64,000 bases of DNA, taken from the NCBI GenBank assembly GCA_964360585.1, contig CAYHXC010000005.1, positions 7,947-71,946 on the forward strand. Reading direction: 5' to 3'. Each line of letters opens with the position of its first letter. Within the stretch, counting starts at the first letter, position 1. Shown piece by piece: positions 63,664 to 64,000 of this stretch. Source of the stretch: an uncultured Candidatus Saccharibacteria bacterium (GTDB lineage: Bacteria > Patescibacteriota > Minisyncoccia > UBA6257 > 2-01-FULL-56-20). Under the pieces are notes generated by a model, which had not been told where the DNA came from, did not search any database, and saw only the letters and a program-made list of their open reading frames with translations. A program made the position numbers and the translations under genes.

Positions 63664-64000
63664 CCGGAACTCATCTCAAAAATAGCTCCGTCGCGTTCTC
63701 CTCTGATTTGCCCGTTCATCACGGCACGACCTGCCGGCAGGCAGGCAGGCGAGGAGGCATAGGCCAAAGTCTAGGCTCCGACCTGCGCTTCGCCGAAGGC
63801 TCTCGCCTCGCTGTAGCTATGGCGAAGCGGGTCGGCAAGGCGAGGAAGTAACACAGATGACGGGCGAATCAGAAAGAACCGAAAGGATAGGAAGTATAGC
63901 TACGGATACAGTGTTGCTGCGTTCTCAACGTACCTTTGGGTACACCTTCGAACTAGTGCCTCCTCTCCATAGCTATACTTCTCTATCGCGACAGGATATA
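63660..64000 (+). repeat. Structured repeat (candidate ncRNA), copy B, 3' of nusB; it carries a nested copy of the GC-rich family-3 repeat and runs to the window edge
   Basis: Starts at ATGACCGGAACTCATCTCAAAAATAGCTCCG, overlapping the nusB stop, and ends at TCTCTATCGCGACAGGATATA at the window edge. Stem 63702-63720 pairs with 63856-63873, with compensatory changes relative to copy A. Confidence 0.6.

Noticed and set aside
1-64000. CRISPR arrays and rRNA genes
   Set aside because: No regularly spaced direct repeats with unique spacers were found, and no 16S/23S/5S-like conserved stretches are present. The repeats present are dispersed inverted-repeat elements.

Overview
This 64-kb window is a gene-dense bacterial chromosome segment with mostly plus-strand genes and standard genetic code (TGA is used as a stop). 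The content suggests a reduced-genome Patescibacteria/CPR-like organism: housekeeping genes, many hypothetical proteins, FemAB, several NUDIX paralogs, and no biosynthetic operons. Recognisable genes: serS, dnaE, rpmG, rplJ-rplL, a partial division/cell-wall cluster (mraZ-rsmH-ftsL-ftsI-murF), tpiA, murB, hpf, secA, an M3 peptidase, pgeF, a yvcK-like gene, ppiB, an ABC-2 exporter pair, typA, xseA/xseB, tsaC, pyk, tgt, trpS, rnhB, rpmF, nusB, and six tRNA loci. The intergenic space is unusually rich in repeated, structured elements. First, a six-copy family of ~130-bp inverted-repeat elements whose 3' arm carries the Shine-Dalgarno sequence and the ATG of the downstream gene; the arms co-vary between copies. 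Second, a five-copy nested-palindrome MITE-like family (GTCATTGCG...CGCAATGAC). Third, a ~270-340-nt structured repeat sitting immediately after the stop codons of xseA and nusB; it separates xseA from xseB and shows compensatory stem changes. Fourth, a GC-rich short repeat next to tRNAs. Other notable features: a tRNA-Thr(GGU) gene interrupted by a ~210-nt intron-like insertion, with a LAGLIDADG-like homing-endonuclease ORF abutting it; split tRNA halves flanking a complete tRNA-Thr(UGU); two small GIY-YIG nuclease genes (one inside the rplJ-rplL operon); and a PaaX-like wHTH protein with a Cas2-like domain. No CRISPR array or rRNA was found.
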